A stretch of 53,551 nt of DNA, filler included, from Sluysia triapertura (taxonomy: Eukaryota), in assembly GCA_046118255.1 (NCBI GenBank). It is 4 parts of 4 records of this genome, joined end to end, with 100 filler letters (N's around TTAATTAATTAA, not from the genome) between each part and the next. Parts side by side here need not be neighbours in the genome. Positions count along the whole stretch, not along the records: positions 40,671 to 53,551 come from JBJNIA010075607.1; 3 more parts are not named here. One strand, written 5' to 3'. Below the pieces are notes generated by a model. The model did no database searches. It had not been told where the DNA came from and was given only the letters and a program-made list of their open reading frames with translations. A program made the position numbers and the translations under genes. Below are positions 53,086-53,551 of this stretch, piece by piece. The first letter of the stretch is position 1. Every line of letters starts with the position of its first letter.

Positions 53086-53326
53086 CAGTGACGGACTAAG
53101 GCTAAAATAGGCCCTAGGCAACACTGTAATTCCGGGACTATTTTTCAGTAAAGGCTCGATCGTGTTTACATACATCGACACTCGTGAACACTCGTCCACA
53201 CTTGTCGACTTCATCAATCAACGTTTCGGTATAATTTGGATAAGTTTCAGCAATAATTATGAATATCACATTTTTCTGTTAAATAAAATTTAAAAACCTA
53301 GGTTGCCTAGGCCTTAGTCCGTCCTG
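53086..53326. mobile_element. hAT-family MITE
   Basis: TIRs CAGTGACGGACTAAGGC / GCCTTAGTCCGTC-CTG; inner inverted CCTAGGCAAC/GTTGCCTAGG; 8-bp flanks ATAAAATG / ATAAAATT (7/8 TSD); internal ACAC(T)CGT subrepeats. Confidence 0.8.
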
Positions 53327-53551
53327 ATAAAATTACACATACAATAAATTACATTACACCATACATTATTAACGCCATGCATTATATTACCTGACAGATA
53401 TCAAATACATAATCTGTTTTACAAGCGTCATAAAATCGTTTAGATTTATCAAAGGCTAGCGATAAAAATGGGTTACTCAGTACCTACATAAGTAGTAGCA
53501 AATTTCATACTGGTTTGGATTAATTATTAAGATTTATTTTTGATTGCAGGA

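Noticed and set aside
1-53551. CRISPR array, prokaryotic operon or alternative genetic code
   Set aside because: No repeat-spacer array; genes have spliceosomal introns; TAA and TGA both terminate conserved genes and long ORFs read in the standard code.

Overview
Very AT-rich eukaryotic (metazoan) genomic DNA with spliceosomal GT-AG introns. It is most consistent with a free-living flatworm (planarian-like); this is an inference from composition, EF1-alpha style and the presence of PFAS, not a confirmed taxon. The window is a chain of contigs: three 100-nt spacers carry an artificial TTAATTAATTAA linker and there is one plain N gap, so adjacency across gaps is unreliable and most genes are partial. 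Genes read by hand from splice sites and reading phase: KDM5/JARID1 demethylase (+, 4 exons, 5' end absent); an orphan tropomyosin last exon (+); a KIAA2012-like coiled-coil gene (-, 4 exons, one in-frame TGA); the last two PFAS exons (-); the 3' part of an ankyrin (UPA, death domain, acidic tail; -, 6 exons); an intronless ORF with a degenerate GSK3-like N-lobe fused to unrelated sequence (-); and an intact intronless EF1-alpha (+). Intergenic and intronic DNA holds decayed mariner, piggyBac and L2/CR1 elements, a hAT MITE and microsatellites. The most unusual signal is a short dispersed repeat (4 segments). It has TG...CA ends and encloses a tRNA-like Pol III unit, and copies share sequence upstream of the tRNA start, which does not fit a classical SINE and suggests a tRNA-carrying LTR/TRIM-like element.
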